In this document: positions 10,007 through 20,268 of the stretch, piece after piece | Numbering within the stretch: position 1 is the first letter of the stretch | Layout: each line of letters begins with the position of its first letter | From: Candidatus Krumholzibacteriia bacterium | GTDB taxonomy: Bacteria; Krumholzibacteriota; Krumholzibacteriia; JAJRXK01 | Direction: 5' to 3' | Assembly: GCA_041484665.1 (NCBI GenBank) | Contig: JBGPIA010000001.1 | Coordinates: forward strand, 928,001-992,000 | DNA length: 64,000 nucleotides | Program-made: the position numbers and the translations under genes | Notes under the pieces: model-generated | Databases searched by the model: none | Seen by the model: the letters and a program-made list of their open reading frames with translations, nothing else | What the model was told of the DNA's origin: nothing

Positions 10007-11380
10007 TTATCGCCGAGCTCCTGGAGTTCCAGGAGCTCCCGGGCCTCCTGGAATGGGCGACCCGACCAAGATCGAGCGCGAGACGACCTGGTCGCCTTCA
10101 TTCAGCTCGCCCTTCAGGAACCCCCTTACCTCCGTGAACGCGTGGTCGGTGATTCCGAGTACGAGCTCGACCGGCTCGATCGAATTGTCGGCATGCAGCT
10201 TCCAAATGATGGCAGTGTCCGATTGCGTCTCCCGCTGTGCCTTCGCGCCCGCGGCTTCGGGCTGCGCGCCACGATCGCGCCCGGAGGTCCCATGGTGCGT
10301 CGCCGCCTCGGCATCCGCAAACCCGTAGCTCCCCGGCTTCCCCTCCTCGATCCCATATTTCTCGTAGAGCATGCGGATCTCCTCGGGTGCCATCAGCGGC
10401 CTGTAGTGCAGGGCGCTATTCGGCAACTTGAGGGCGTTTTGCACGCTAGCCACCGGGATGGTGACATAGGCTGTCATCCCGGGAAAGAGTTTCGCTTCCG
10501 GATTCGCGAAGTCGATGATCACGTCGTACGTGACCACATTCTGCACCATGGTGGCGTTCATGCGGATCTGGCTGACTGCGCCATGGAATGTTTCCTTGGG
10601 AAACGCGTCCACCTTGAATGTGACCTCCTGCGCCGCTCGGATGCGCCCGATGTCGGACTCGTCGGTCTTGGCATAAAGCTGCATCCGGGTGAGATCCTGC
10701 GCGATCGTAAAAATGGTCGGAGCCTGCAACGACGCGGCTACAGTCTGCCCGACATCGACGTTGCGCGCCACGACGACTCCGTCGATCGGGGAACGAATGA
10801 CCGTGTGTTCGAGGTTGATTCGGGCGACCGAGACCGCCGCTTGCTTCTGGGCAATCTGCGCCCTGGCTTGGACGACCGCTGCAGCCGCCGCGCTGACCGA
10901 GGCGCTCGCCTGATCCTGATTGGCCTTGGCGAGTTCCACTGTTTGCTGATTCTCGAGACCCTGTTCCACGAGAGCGCGGGTGCGCTCGTAGGCGGCCTTG
11001 GTCTCCACCACGGTCGCGTTCGCCTTGTCCAAGTTGGCCTCCGCCGCGGCGAGATTCGCCTTGGCGCCTTCCAAGTCGGCGGTCGTCTGAAGGAGGGCGC
11101 CGCGGAACAGCGAGGGGTCGATCAGCGCGATCACGCCTCCGTGATGGACCCGAGAGTTGAAGTCCGCATCGAGCCTCGAGATCGTGCCGGACACCTGAGA
11201 TCCAACTTGCACCGTCGTAACCGCATTTACCGTCCCGGTGACGTCCACGACGTCACGGATCTCGCCCCGTTCTACCCTTGCGGTGAAGTGTTCGAGTTGA
11301 CTCTTGCGATGGAGGCGCAATGCTGCGAAGAGCCCAGTCAGAGCGGCGAGGCCCAGCAGGACGAGCCACTTCCTTCTCAT
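10007..11380 (-). CDS. MacA-like periplasmic adaptor (MFP)
   Basis: N-terminal anchor, VQVGSQVSG, coiled coil, IRSPIDGVV..RNVDVGQTVAASLQAP. Confidence 0.92.
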   Translation of the reverse strand: MRRKWLVLLGLAALTGLFAALRLHRKSQLEHFTARVERGEIRDVVDVTGTVNAVTTVQVGSQVSGTISRLDADFNSRVHHGGVIALIDPSLFRGALLQTTADLEGAKANLAAAEANLDKANATVVETKAAYERTRALVEQGLENQQTVELAKANQDQASASVSAAAAAVVQARAQIAQKQAAVSVARINLEHTVIRSPIDGVVVARNVDVGQTVAASLQAPTIFTIAQDLTRMQLYAKTDESDIGRIRAAQEVTFKVDAFPKETFHGAVSQIRMNATMVQNVVTYDVIIDFANPEAKLFPGMTAYVTIPVASVQNALKLPNSALHYRPLMAPEEIRMLYEKYGIEEGKPGSYGFADAEAATHHGTSGRDRGAQPEAAGAKAQRETQSDTAIIWKLHADNSIEPVELVLGITDHAFTEVRGFLKGELNEGDQVVSRSILVGSPIPGGPGAPGTPGARR

Positions 11381-11404
11381 ACCGTCCCCAGAGCTACCAG
11401 GCTC

Positions 11405-12622
11405 TCACTCGTACCGTAGGGCTTCGATGGGATCCAGGAGAGAGGCTTTTCGCGCTGGATAGTATCCGAAGAATATCCCCACCGCGACGGAGAACAGAAC
11501 GGCGATGAGGACCGGCTCCACCGACATCTGGATCGGCCACTGCAGCGTCTGGCCGATCACGAAGGATCCAGCGATGCCCAGCAGCACGCCGGCCGCGCCT
11601 CCAACCAGGCTCAGCATGACGGACTCGCCCAAGAACTGCAACTGGATCGCCCCTTCGGTCGCGCCGACGGAGACGCGGACACCTATCTCGCGGGTCCGTT
11701 CCGTGACGGAGACGAGCATGACGTTCATGATCCCGATGCCTCCGACCAAGAGCGAGATCGACGCAATGGCGACCAGAAGGATCGTGAGTGTGCGGCTGGC
11801 CGCGAGTTGGGCCTGCACGATGTCCTCGGGATTGCGGATGTTGAAGTCATCGTCCTCTTCGGGACGCAGATGATGGCGATCCCGGAGCAGCGCTGCTGCC
11901 TCTTGCCCCGCGAGCTTGACCGCGTCCGGTGACACTGCGGAGCATAGGATGTCGTCCAGCCACGCCACTCCTTTGATCTTCTTCTGCGCGGTGGTGTACG
12001 GCAGGAGCACCGTGTCGTCTTGATCTTGGCCGGAGCTGGAGAGCCCCTTCGGCTGGAGAGTCGCGACTACCTTGCAAGGCAGACCTTTGATTCGGACCAC
12101 CTGACCGATGGGGTCCGTGGGGCCGAACAGCTGATCTCGAACGCTCCGGCCGATCGCGCAGACCGCAGCCGCCCGATCGACGTCGTCTTGCGAGAATGCG
12201 GCGCCTAGCGCGATGACCCAGCGTTTGATATCGAAGTATTCGGGCGAGACGCCCCGATAGCTCGTGAACCAGTTCTGGTTGCCGTAGACGATCTGCACCG
12301 AGCCGTCGACGTTCGGCGAGACGCTCTTGATGAGCGCGATTTGATTCTTGATGGCCACTCCATCGGCCAGGGTCAGCGTCTTCGTGCCATGAGTTCCGGT
12401 GCGCACGCCGTTCACCGCGCGCCCTCCGGCTTCGATCCAGACGAAATTGTCCCCGAGATTGTTTAGCTGCTGCTCGACCTGGCGTTGTCCGGCCTTGCCG
12501 ATGGCGACGACGCAGATGACCGCCGCGATCCCGATGGAGATGCCGAGGACCGTCAGCAGGCTTCGCAATTTGTTCCGGAGTAACGCCCATCCAGCGGAGC
12601 GAAGCAGGGCCACGTAGTTCAC
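11405..12622 (-). CDS. MacB/FtsX-type ABC permease
   Basis: NKLRSLLTVLGISIG, GGIGIMNVMLVSVTERTREIG, YYPARKASLLDPIEALRYE; GTG start after GGAGGA. Confidence 0.93.
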   Translation of the reverse strand: MNYVALLRSAGWALLRNKLRSLLTVLGISIGIAAVICVVAIGKAGQRQVEQQLNNLGDNFVWIEAGGRAVNGVRTGTHGTKTLTLADGVAIKNQIALIKSVSPNVDGSVQIVYGNQNWFTSYRGVSPEYFDIKRWVIALGAAFSQDDVDRAAAVCAIGRSVRDQLFGPTDPIGQVVRIKGLPCKVVATLQPKGLSSSGQDQDDTVLLPYTTAQKKIKGVAWLDDILCSAVSPDAVKLAGQEAAALLRDRHHLRPEEDDDFNIRNPEDIVQAQLAASRTLTILLVAIASISLLVGGIGIMNVMLVSVTERTREIGVRVSVGATEGAIQLQFLGESVMLSLVGGAAGVLLGIAGSFVIGQTLQWPIQMSVEPVLIAVLFSVAVGIFFGYYPARKASLLDPIEALRYE

Positions 12623-13260
12623 GAGTCCTCCGGGAGCGTATCGCTCGCCGCCTTCGGCTCCCGCCGGTGTGGCCGTTTGCCACGCCGGTTTGCACGATCG
12701 TCGCACACCAAAAGCGGGGGTAGCATACCTCTCGCTCCCCCGAATCGCCAGCCCGGGGTCGGCGGAACACTCAGCTTCGTCACTCGAGTTGCACTGCTCC
12801 GACTCGAGCAAGCCCGTGCCTTCCAAGGAGGGAGATCCCTGCGTGGGGTACCCCCCCGCCACGCCTGGCGGTTCGGAGTCCCGCGGCCCAGGGCAGCCGG
12901 ACGAACGGGTTCCGAAAGGCCATATTACCCTCTTTCAGGCAAGCCCATCACTTGGGGTGCCCAGACTGGCCTGCCGCCGTTCGTCGGTCGACTTGCTCTA
13001 CGAGTCCGGCGGCCATTTCTGTCCCTGACAGCAGGCTCCTGATCGGCAGGTTCAGCTCCACTGCTTCTCGGGCTGGCGGACGATACCCCAGCGAGCTCTG
13101 CGGCCGGACGCGATTGTACTCCCGCGTCGCGTCTCAGCGACCAGTCTGGAGCCGTGACCTTGACCGCGCGGCTCGTAATGTGCCGGGTCTCGAGACGGCT
13201 CCGCGCAACCAAGACGTCGGTCCGCGTGGCCATGCGGCGGGTCGGATTCACGCCGACGTT

Positions 13261-14229
13261 TCAGAAGTGCACGGAGAGCAGCGGCAGCGCGCTCGCGCCC
13301 ACCGGCGGCACGGGCAGCCACTCCACAATCAGCGAGTGTTGCACGGCTGGCGCCCTCTGCCCGGGGTCACGCCCGGCCTGCGGCTGTGCCGCCCGGCAGA
13401 CCGCGCCGGCGATCCAGTGGGCCAAGGCGAAACTGGCGATCACGTCGCTGGGGTGATGGCGGTTCCCCTGCACGCGGCTCTCCCCGGTGTACAGGGCTGC
13501 CGCGAACGCTGGCGCTCCCACCCACCAGCCGAGCCGTCGCTGCAGAACCTCAGCCATGGTCCACGCGGCGACCGCGTGCCCGGATGGCAAGGAGTTCAGG
13601 TCACCACCGTCGGGCCTGCGCCGGTCGGTGACCCCCTTCATCACCTGCGAGAGGCCCGCCGAGAGCAAGTGGGCCTCCACCAGTAGCAGGCCGGTGTCGC
13701 GAAGGCGCTGGTCCCGCGCGATGAGGCCGCCGGCTGTGATTGCGAGCGTGAGCGCGGCCTGCGTGCTCCGGTGCCCGATGTGGTAGCCCACGTCGTAGGC
13801 GGCTCCGCCCAGTGGGCGGTGATCCACCACCCACGCGTTCCAATCGTCGTCGCGGAAGGCAACGGCACCGGCCAGGACGCCCCCCGCGGCGGTCTGTAGC
13901 AGAAGATCCCCATCGGCAAGGTGGCGCGCCAGCGCCTGGAAGTGACGCCCGGTGAAGGGGGAGGGCGCGGTCTCGGGAGCAGGACCGGGCACTGTACCAG
14001 GGGCGGGCGGCGCCACCTCCGGAACGGCCGCGGCCGGCCCCGACCAGGCGACGACCCCGGCCACGCAGCAGATCGCACACGCCAGGCGAGCCGCCCACCC
14101 CGCCCGTGCAGTTCTCCAGGTCCGAAGCGATAGGGCCGGCGACAGGTGGGATGCCCGGTGCGCCGCACGGTTGCGGCAACGCTGGGCGAGGGAGAGTGGG
14201 GTGGCAGTCGCACCGCGATGCGTGGCCAT
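13261..14229 (-). CDS. PAP2 family phosphatase
   Basis: All three motifs present: KGVTDRRRP (KX6RP), PSGH, SRVQGNRHHPSD (SRX5HX3D); start uncertain. Confidence 0.85.
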   Translation of the reverse strand: MATHRGATATPLSLAQRCRNRAAHRASHLSPALSLRTWRTARAGWAARLACAICCVAGVVAWSGPAAAVPEVAPPAPGTVPGPAPETAPSPFTGRHFQALARHLADGDLLLQTAAGGVLAGAVAFRDDDWNAWVVDHRPLGGAAYDVGYHIGHRSTQAALTLAITAGGLIARDQRLRDTGLLLVEAHLLSAGLSQVMKGVTDRRRPDGGDLNSLPSGHAVAAWTMAEVLQRRLGWWVGAPAFAAALYTGESRVQGNRHHPSDVIASFALAHWIAGAVCRAAQPQAGRDPGQRAPAVQHSLIVEWLPVPPVGASALPLLSVHF

Positions 14230-14245
14230 GGTCGCGCAGGCTACT

Positions 14246-15627
14246 TCAGATAGCGAGCAGTTCGCCATCTTCTCGCTGAGTGAGCGCTTCGTCGTGACCG
14301 AGGGAACGCAAACCTTCATTGCTGGACGATGTCCCTTTGCCTGCCAGCCCGCAGGTGAGCAGGTCGTCCGGAGACCCCGCCTGCGGGTGCTCATCGAGGG
14401 GGATCCGCAAGCGGAGCTCGACGCGATGCCCGCTGGCGCGCACGCCTTCCAGCACCAGGCGGATCAAGCGCTGCCGTCCCTCGAAGTCCAGCGCGTCCAT
14501 GGCCGCCACCAAGCGTCGGGCGAACGTGCCGACGCGCGTGCGTAGGCGATTGCCCTGCGCCAGCGCCGCCCTCTGTTGCACCAGCGCCGCGCCGCGCGCT
14601 GGTCCTCGACAGCCTGCTTCCGAGCACCCAGCTCACGCACTCGCCGTTGGAGTTCCACCAAGTTGATCAGGTCTGCCTGGTATAGGTCGACCAACCTCCG
14701 ACGCTCGGCCGCCGCCGACTCGCACTTGCGATCCAAGGCACGCAGCTGCTTCTCCAGCAGATCATCATCGGGCGCCGGTGCTCGCGTGCTGACCGCAATC
14801 TCCCCCACCAGCAGGACCGCGGGTCGCTGCAAGACCTCACGTACACACTCGAAGACATACGCGTCGAGCTCGTCGGCGCGGATGGAACGCTCCGGGCAGC
14901 GACGGTCCATCCCCCCAGCGCGCAACGGATCGCGGTAGCTGCAACGGTAGTAGCGATTCCAGGTGTCTTTGCCCCCGCGCATCGTGTGGCAGCTGACGCC
15001 GACGCCGCAGCGTCCACACTTCACCAAGCCACGCAGCAGCCAACGCCCCGGCTCCGCCCGGCGCGGGCTGAAGCGGCTGTGGTCCCGACTCATGCGCTGC
15101 ACGGCCTCGAAGAGTTCGTCTTGCACGATGCGCGGCACAGCGATCGCGATCCACTCCTGACGTGGACGTGCCCGGCGGCGATCGCGCAGCGAGCGCCCTT
15201 CGCCGCGGGCAGACTCTCCGTACGGTTGTAGTACACCCGGCCCACGTAGGCCTCGTTGCGCAGGAGCCGCGTCAGCGTGGAGCCACCCCACATCGACCTG
15301 CCCTTGGGGGCTGGGACGCCCTCTTGCGCCAGACTCCACACAATCTGCCGCATGGAGCGCCCGTCCGTGACATACGCCTCGAAGATCCGGCGCACCACGG
15401 CCGCCTCGGGCTCGTACACTTCCAGACGGGCGGGCCCCTGGGGTCCCCGCGGGACCCGGCGGTAACCATACGGCGTCTTCCAGGCGATGACTTCCCCCAG
15501 CCGGGACCGATCGAGCTTGCCGCGCCGGTAGCGCTCCGCCATCTTGGCCCGCTCGTACTCGGCGATGACCCCTTGCACCTGCGTCAGAAGACTCGGTGGA
15601 CACCCGCGCGTACACCGCGACGCGCAT
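14246..15627 (-). pseudogene. Large serine recombinase, internally deleted and frameshifted
   Basis: MRVAVYARVSTE joined out of frame to LLTQVQGVIAEYERAK; PYGY recombinase domain; LLRGLVKCGRCG zinc ribbon; coiled coil; frameshifts near 15190 and 14590. Confidence 0.9.
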
Positions 15628-15929
15628 CAGCCCACCTCCCACAGCCCCACCACCTCGTTGGGAGACGGGCAGCTGAGCAGCAGGGCATAGGCCGCTCCCA
15701 GTGCCTCCACGCGCGGGTCGCGGTAGGGGTTCCACGCTGGTCGCGTGGCACCGATCACGGTCGCCATGAAGTCCAGCTCCACCGGCGATCGCGTGATCAA
15801 TCCCGCCAGTCCCATGCGCTCGAACCGCAGTGCGGCACGTCCCAACAACGGCGTTCCGGCGAGGGCGGCCTGGCGCAGCGCCTCGTATTCGGCCTGGGCC
15901 TGCTGGGTCGGGGGCCAGAAGGCGCTCAC
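15627..15929 (-). CDS. Hypothetical 100-aa protein of the recombinase element
   Basis: Overlaps the upstream stop (GTGA) and the downstream start (TGATG); QAEYEALRQAAL segment. Confidence 0.6.
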   Translation of the reverse strand: MSAFWPPTQQAQAEYEALRQAALAGTPLLGRAALRFERMGLAGLITRSPVELDFMATVIGATRPAWNPYRDPRVEALGAAYALLLSCPSPNEVVGLWEVG

Positions 15930-16358
15930 CGCCGCCTCGCGCGCTCCACGGTACGCCGGTGCAGACGCACGCCAAATCGCCGCTGGATCTGCTGTGCGAG
16001 CTCCAGGCCCGACAGCGCCGGATCGGCAGCATGCACCTAGGCCACGATCTCACGGGACAGCTTCAGCGGGCCTCGCCGCCCCCGCCGCTCGTCCAGCAGT
16101 CCCAGCATGCCGTCCTCCTCGAACGCCTGCGTGACCAGATAGAAGGCCGCTCGCGAGTAGCCGTGCATCTGCGCGGTGGTGACCACGCTGATGCCGTCCA
16201 CCAGGTGTGCCCGCAGCATCTTGTATTTCACTTGCACCTTGTCGTCTGCCAAAGAAGAAGGGGCGAGCGCCGTCGAACAGGGGCACGATCAAAGCGCGAG
16301 GATGCGGGTGGAGCAGCCCTGCCGAGAGCAGGGCCCGCCGCCGTGTATGCTGTGCCAT
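15926..16358 (-). pseudogene. Helix-turn-helix protein of the recombinase element (frameshift plus internal stop)
   Basis: GLLHPHP..PLF..PFF | ADDKVQVKYKMLRAH..GYSRAAFY..GLLDERRGRRGPLKL; +1 frameshift near 16252, in-frame TAG at 16037-16039; GGGAGG RBS. Confidence 0.8.
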
Positions 16359-16678
16359 GGGGGCCACCTCCCGGCGGGCCCGGTAGCGCCGCTGGTCTGG
16401 GATGTCTAGCAGTTTCTGCCGCACGCGCGGAGCGGTGTGACTGCGAGGCGGGGTGCTTCGCTTCAGATAGGCGGATTGCTTCAACAATTCTGCGCACTCC
16501 CGCTCGCTTCCGGCCTCGCTCACGGCGCAGATGGGTCAACACAGCGGTCTTCATTAGTAGATAGAACGGGCCCTGCGCACTGGCGTGCGAAGGGCCTGCG
16601 TCCGAGAGCTCGGGTAGCGATAGAGCCCTGCCTGATCGGCCTCAAACCCCAGCGTCGTCCTGAACATCAGCTTTGCGT

Positions 16679-17160
16679 TCAGCTGGTGACGATGGCGTGC
16701 ACACACGGATTGAAGTTGGCGGCGTAGCTGCCGAACGTCAGCAGCGTGGCCACCGTCCTCACAGCCAGCGTTGGCTCGTCGAAGTACGCGCGCAAGGCCC
16801 GTTGCACGCAGTCGTAGGCGCAGCGGCTCAAGAGCGATAGCAGCCACCGCTCCCGCGCAAACCGCCAGCGCAGCGTGTTGGGGATCGCGAACACCACGCG
16901 GCGGTGCGGCACCGGCGCACGAACCGCCGTGACCAGCCGCTGGCCGAAAAGCGCCGCTCGCTTGGTCTGGCAGCTGGGGCAAACGTTGCGGGTAGGGCAC
17001 CAGAAGACCAGCGGGTGCTTGCCACGGCAGACCCGGCAGTGGATTCGAGCGAAGCCACCGTGCAGCCTGCCGCAGTCGAGGTACTGCTCCACGATCGGAC
17101 GGACATACGGGTGCAGGCGGCCGTCCTTCGGCTCGAAACGCGCCTCGTGCTCGAGTACGC
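16679..17160 (-). mobile_element. IS91-family (HUH/Y2) transposase fragment
   Basis: YLDCGRLHGGFARIHCRVC..FWCPTRNVCPSC zinc-binding domain, VPHRRVVFAIP, degenerate HUH (FNPCVHAIVT), then stop. Confidence 0.85.
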
Positions 17161-17468
17161 AGCTGCATGTCCGCTCCGGGCCGAGAGTACAGGCTCAGCT
17201 CCGCGCCGCCGCGGATAGACTTGGAGCGGATGCGCCGCAGGTCCACGACCCCGCTCATCGCCTCTTCCGGCGGGCAGGTCACGACCGCGTTCATGCTGGT
17301 CGCGTCGAGCGTGCCACCGTAGAGGATCACGACGATGCGCGGGAAGGCGACCTCGGGGTAGATCCCTGCCGGCACCGTCAGCAGGCCCCACACCCCGCCC
17401 AGGCAGAGGAGCAAGGTCGCCAGGTAGACCGCGGCGCCATGTCGCTGCGCCAGGTCGGGCAGACTCAC
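17161..17468 (-). pseudogene. N-terminal fragment of an RND efflux permease, truncated at the IS91 fragment
   Basis: TM1 then PAGIYPEVAFPRIVV...VVTCPPEEAM..IRSKSIRGGAEL, paralleling the N-terminus of the RND at 22824. Confidence 0.8.
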
Positions 17469-17731
17469 GGATTCCGGGTCGGCTGGGGGCGCACGTGCAC
17501 GCCGTCCTCGGGCCCGTAGGCGCCGACGGTGATGACGGCGTCGGCGAGGCTGGCGGCGGGGTGTGCGCGAGAGGGCGGTCGAAGCGTACCCGCAGGCCGT
17601 CGGGCTCGGGGAGGACGGGACCGCGCGGGTTCAGCCAGGCGTCGCCGCAGCCCAGCAGGTGGGGTGAAGAGGCGGATCGGGTGCGCCGGGCGTGCACGGA
17701 GCCGGTCGCCGGGGGGAGACACGGCGCGCAC
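17465..17731 (-). pseudogene. Degenerate C-terminal remnant of an RND adaptor (MFP)
   Basis: Ends DAVITVGAYGPEDGVHVR, like MFP C-termini (compare QRVIVEGQHGLPDSTRVR at ~22800); GTGA overlap with the RND fragment. Confidence 0.5.
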
Positions 17732-18139
17732 ACGCAGGCGTGAATCATAGAAGGGCGTGGATGCAACCCCTTATCCGCCGCGCTCGTCCCGGTCGTGCGC
17801 AACTTGGCGCGATCGCTTTGGGGAGAGCGCGGTCGGAGGGGCCGGGCCCGACACGTCCGCGCTGATTCGAGACCAGAAGCAGGCGACACCGCTCTCGCGC
17901 GCTCCACGCCCAGCCCAGCCTGCCCCCATGCTCGACCCGGCGGCGCCTGGTCCACGCGGCACTTCACTCTACCCGGCCGCAGCGCGGATGGCATACACTC
18001 GACGCGATCGCCTGGTTACCTCCTCGCTCGCGCCTTCGCAGGCGGGTCCACACGACGAGTTCAGCACGTCCGGGCCCGCAGGGCGGGGTCGGCACGGCCT
18101 TGTCAGTACGGTTCGTTCCCACCCCCGGCGCTCATCCGC

Positions 18140-18814
18140 ATGAGACTCCTCCTGATCGAAGACAGCGGGCCGACGCGGGAGCTGCTCCAGCATTCACTTG
18201 AATCCCAGTCCCACGTCGTGCAGGCGGCGTCCACCGCGGCAGACGGCCGGCAGCGGGCGCTCCGCGGCGGTTTCGATGTGGTTATCCTCGACATCCAGTT
18301 GCCCGATGGCGATGGCGTGAGTCTGTGCCGTGAACTGAGGTCCGAAGGGGTGACCGCCCCCGTGCTCTTCCTGACCGCCCGGGGCGACGTTGGGGACCGA
18401 ATCGCCGGTCTCGACGCCGGGGGCGACGATTATATGAAGAAGCCCTTCGCGCTGGCCGAGCTCCACGCCCGGCTACGCGCGCTGAGCCGGCGGACCACTG
18501 CGGGCCCGCCCGCCGCGATCGAGGGCGGCGGGCTGTCGATCAACTTCACAGCGCGCAAGTTCGAGCGGCGTGGCCACGAGATCCCCCTCACCGGCAGGGA
18601 ATGGCGCATCCTGGAGATCCTCGCGTCGCGCAAGGCGTGCGTGGTCTCGCGCGACGAGGTTATGGAGGGAGCCTGGGGCAAGGTCGATCGCGCGGCGTCC
18701 GAGAGTCTGGATGTGATCGTCAGCCGCCTGCGCCGCAAGCTGGACAGTGACACTGACGGATGGCGCATCCGCACCGTTCGCGGCGAGGGGTACGTGTTCG
18801 AGCTACAACCATGA
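18140..18814 (+). CDS. OmpR-family response regulator
   Basis: LLIED, ILDIQLPDGDG, FLTARG, GDDYMKKPF, IRTVRGEGY. Confidence 0.95.
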   Translation: MRLLLIEDSGPTRELLQHSLESQSHVVQAASTAADGRQRALRGGFDVVILDIQLPDGDGVSLCRELRSEGVTAPVLFLTARGDVGDRIAGLDAGGDDYMKKPFALAELHARLRALSRRTTAGPPAAIEGGGLSINFTARKFERRGHEIPLTGREWRILEILASRKACVVSRDEVMEGAWGKVDRAASESLDVIVSRLRRKLDSDTDGWRIRTVRGEGYVFELQP

Positions 18815-20268
18815 GACCGCGCTCCCTGGTCTCGCGCTTGGCCCTTCTCCAGCAAGTCTCGGCCGTGACGATCGTCGCCACGTTTGCCACGTCGGCTCTG
18901 TGGCTTACCAGTCGTGTCCTCCAGCGGGACGAGACCCGGATGCTTCAGGTCGCCGCCCAGCGCATGGCCGAGAACCTCGATCATGAGATCAGCGAAGGCC
19001 GAAGCCTGCCGGCGGCGGCGGGAGAGGCGCTGGCCGAGGAGCCGCCGTCGGAGTTGCGTTGGGAGATTTACAATGCAGACGGCCAGCTGCTGGCGGCCGC
19101 GCCCCGCTTCGGGTCGCCGACGCCGTCGCCCGGGACAGCGCCACCGGTGGCCGGGCTGCGCACGGCTGCGCAGCGGGGCCCCCTCGCGCGCCTTCACGCG
19201 GAAGCCGCGGGCGCGAGCTGTGGCGCGCGTGTGGTGGCATCGGTGTCCACAGCCGAGCGGGCCGCTACGCTCTTGACGCTGACCAGGATCCTGGCCGCGG
19301 CCGCACTGCCTCTGCTCATCGCTACCCTGCTGCTGGGCCGGCGATTGGCCGCCGGTGCTCTGCGTCCCCTCGCGGACATGACGCAGCGGGCGGCCATCCT
19401 GCCAGGGGCGCACGATCCGCGCAGGCTGGGCGATCCGATCGGCCTGGATGAGATCGATCAGCTGACCGAAGCATTCAACCGGCTGCTGTCCCGTCTGGAC
19501 GAACTCCTGCAGAGCGAGCGGCGGTTCGCAGCCGACGCATCGCACGAGCTGCGCACTCCGCTCACCGTGCTGGCAGGGGAGATCGAAGCGGCCCTGGCCC
19601 ACAAGGACCTGCCTGCGCCGGTGCGGGACAACCTGCGGCGCGCCTCCCAGCAGACGCTCCAGATGAGGGAGCTCGTCGAGGCTCTGCTGCTGCTGCGGCG
19701 TACCGGTGGCGGGGTGCCAGGGCAGGAGGCCGGCTTCGAGCCGGTGAACCTTTCGGACGTGGCGCGCGAGGCGCGATCGGCCCTGATCGACCGGCACCCT
19801 GCCCGGGCCGGCGACATTACGCTGGCGGCGCCCGACGAGGTGATGATCGCGGGGAATCCCGCCCTGCTGGCCTCCGCCATCGGCAACCTCCTGGACAACG
19901 CGATCAAATTCACGATGCCAGGCCAAGCCCTCGGCATGCGCGTGGATGTGGAGGGTGCGCATGCGGTGCTGGTCGTTGACGACGCCGGTGCTGGAGTCCG
20001 TCCGGAGGAGCGCGAGCGCATCTTCGACCCCTTCTATCGCGGCGGCTATGCTCGCAGCGCGACTGGCGGCTTCGGGCTGGGCATGCCGATCGTGCGCCAA
20101 GTGGCGCGGGCACACGGCGGCGACGTCACCGCCGGCGTTTCGCCGCTGGGGGGGGCGCGCTTCACGCTCAGCATGCCACCGTGGCCGGGCACCGTGCCGA
20201 GCGCGGTCCCGGTCGGCGCGATCCCGACGGAGGCAATCCCGACCGAGGCAATCCGAACCAACCCTTAA
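18811..20268 (+). CDS. HAMP-domain sensor histidine kinase
   Basis: 2 TM segments, DEIDQL HAMP, ASHELRTPL, NLLDNAIKF, DAGAG, GFGLGM; ATGA overlap. Confidence 0.95.
   Translation: MRPRSLVSRLALLQQVSAVTIVATFATSALWLTSRVLQRDETRMLQVAAQRMAENLDHEISEGRSLPAAAGEALAEEPPSELRWEIYNADGQLLAAAPRFGSPTPSPGTAPPVAGLRTAAQRGPLARLHAEAAGASCGARVVASVSTAERAATLLTLTRILAAAALPLLIATLLLGRRLAAGALRPLADMTQRAAILPGAHDPRRLGDPIGLDEIDQLTEAFNRLLSRLDELLQSERRFAADASHELRTPLTVLAGEIEAALAHKDLPAPVRDNLRRASQQTLQMRELVEALLLLRRTGGGVPGQEAGFEPVNLSDVAREARSALIDRHPARAGDITLAAPDEVMIAGNPALLASAIGNLLDNAIKFTMPGQALGMRVDVEGAHAVLVVDDAGAGVRPEERERIFDPFYRGGYARSATGGFGLGMPIVRQVARAHGGDVTAGVSPLGGARFTLSMPPWPGTVPSAVPVGAIPTEAIPTEAIRTNP

Larger units (their letters stand above)
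14244..16470 (-). mobile_element. Degenerate three-gene serine-recombinase element (HTH + hypothetical + LSR) bounded by a 10-bp direct repeat
   Basis: CTTCAGATAG at 14244-14253 and 16461-16470 flanks three translationally coupled ORFs. Confidence 0.65.

Noticed and set aside
12807..12821. Sigma54-like AGGCACGGGCTTGCT upstream of the MacB permease (minus strand)
   Set aside because: GG-to-GC spacing is 9 nt, not the required 10
16037..16039. In-frame TAG as possible pyrrolysine or readthrough codon
   Set aside because: The same gene has a frameshift and neighbours are decayed; a TGG-to-TAG nonsense change is simpler
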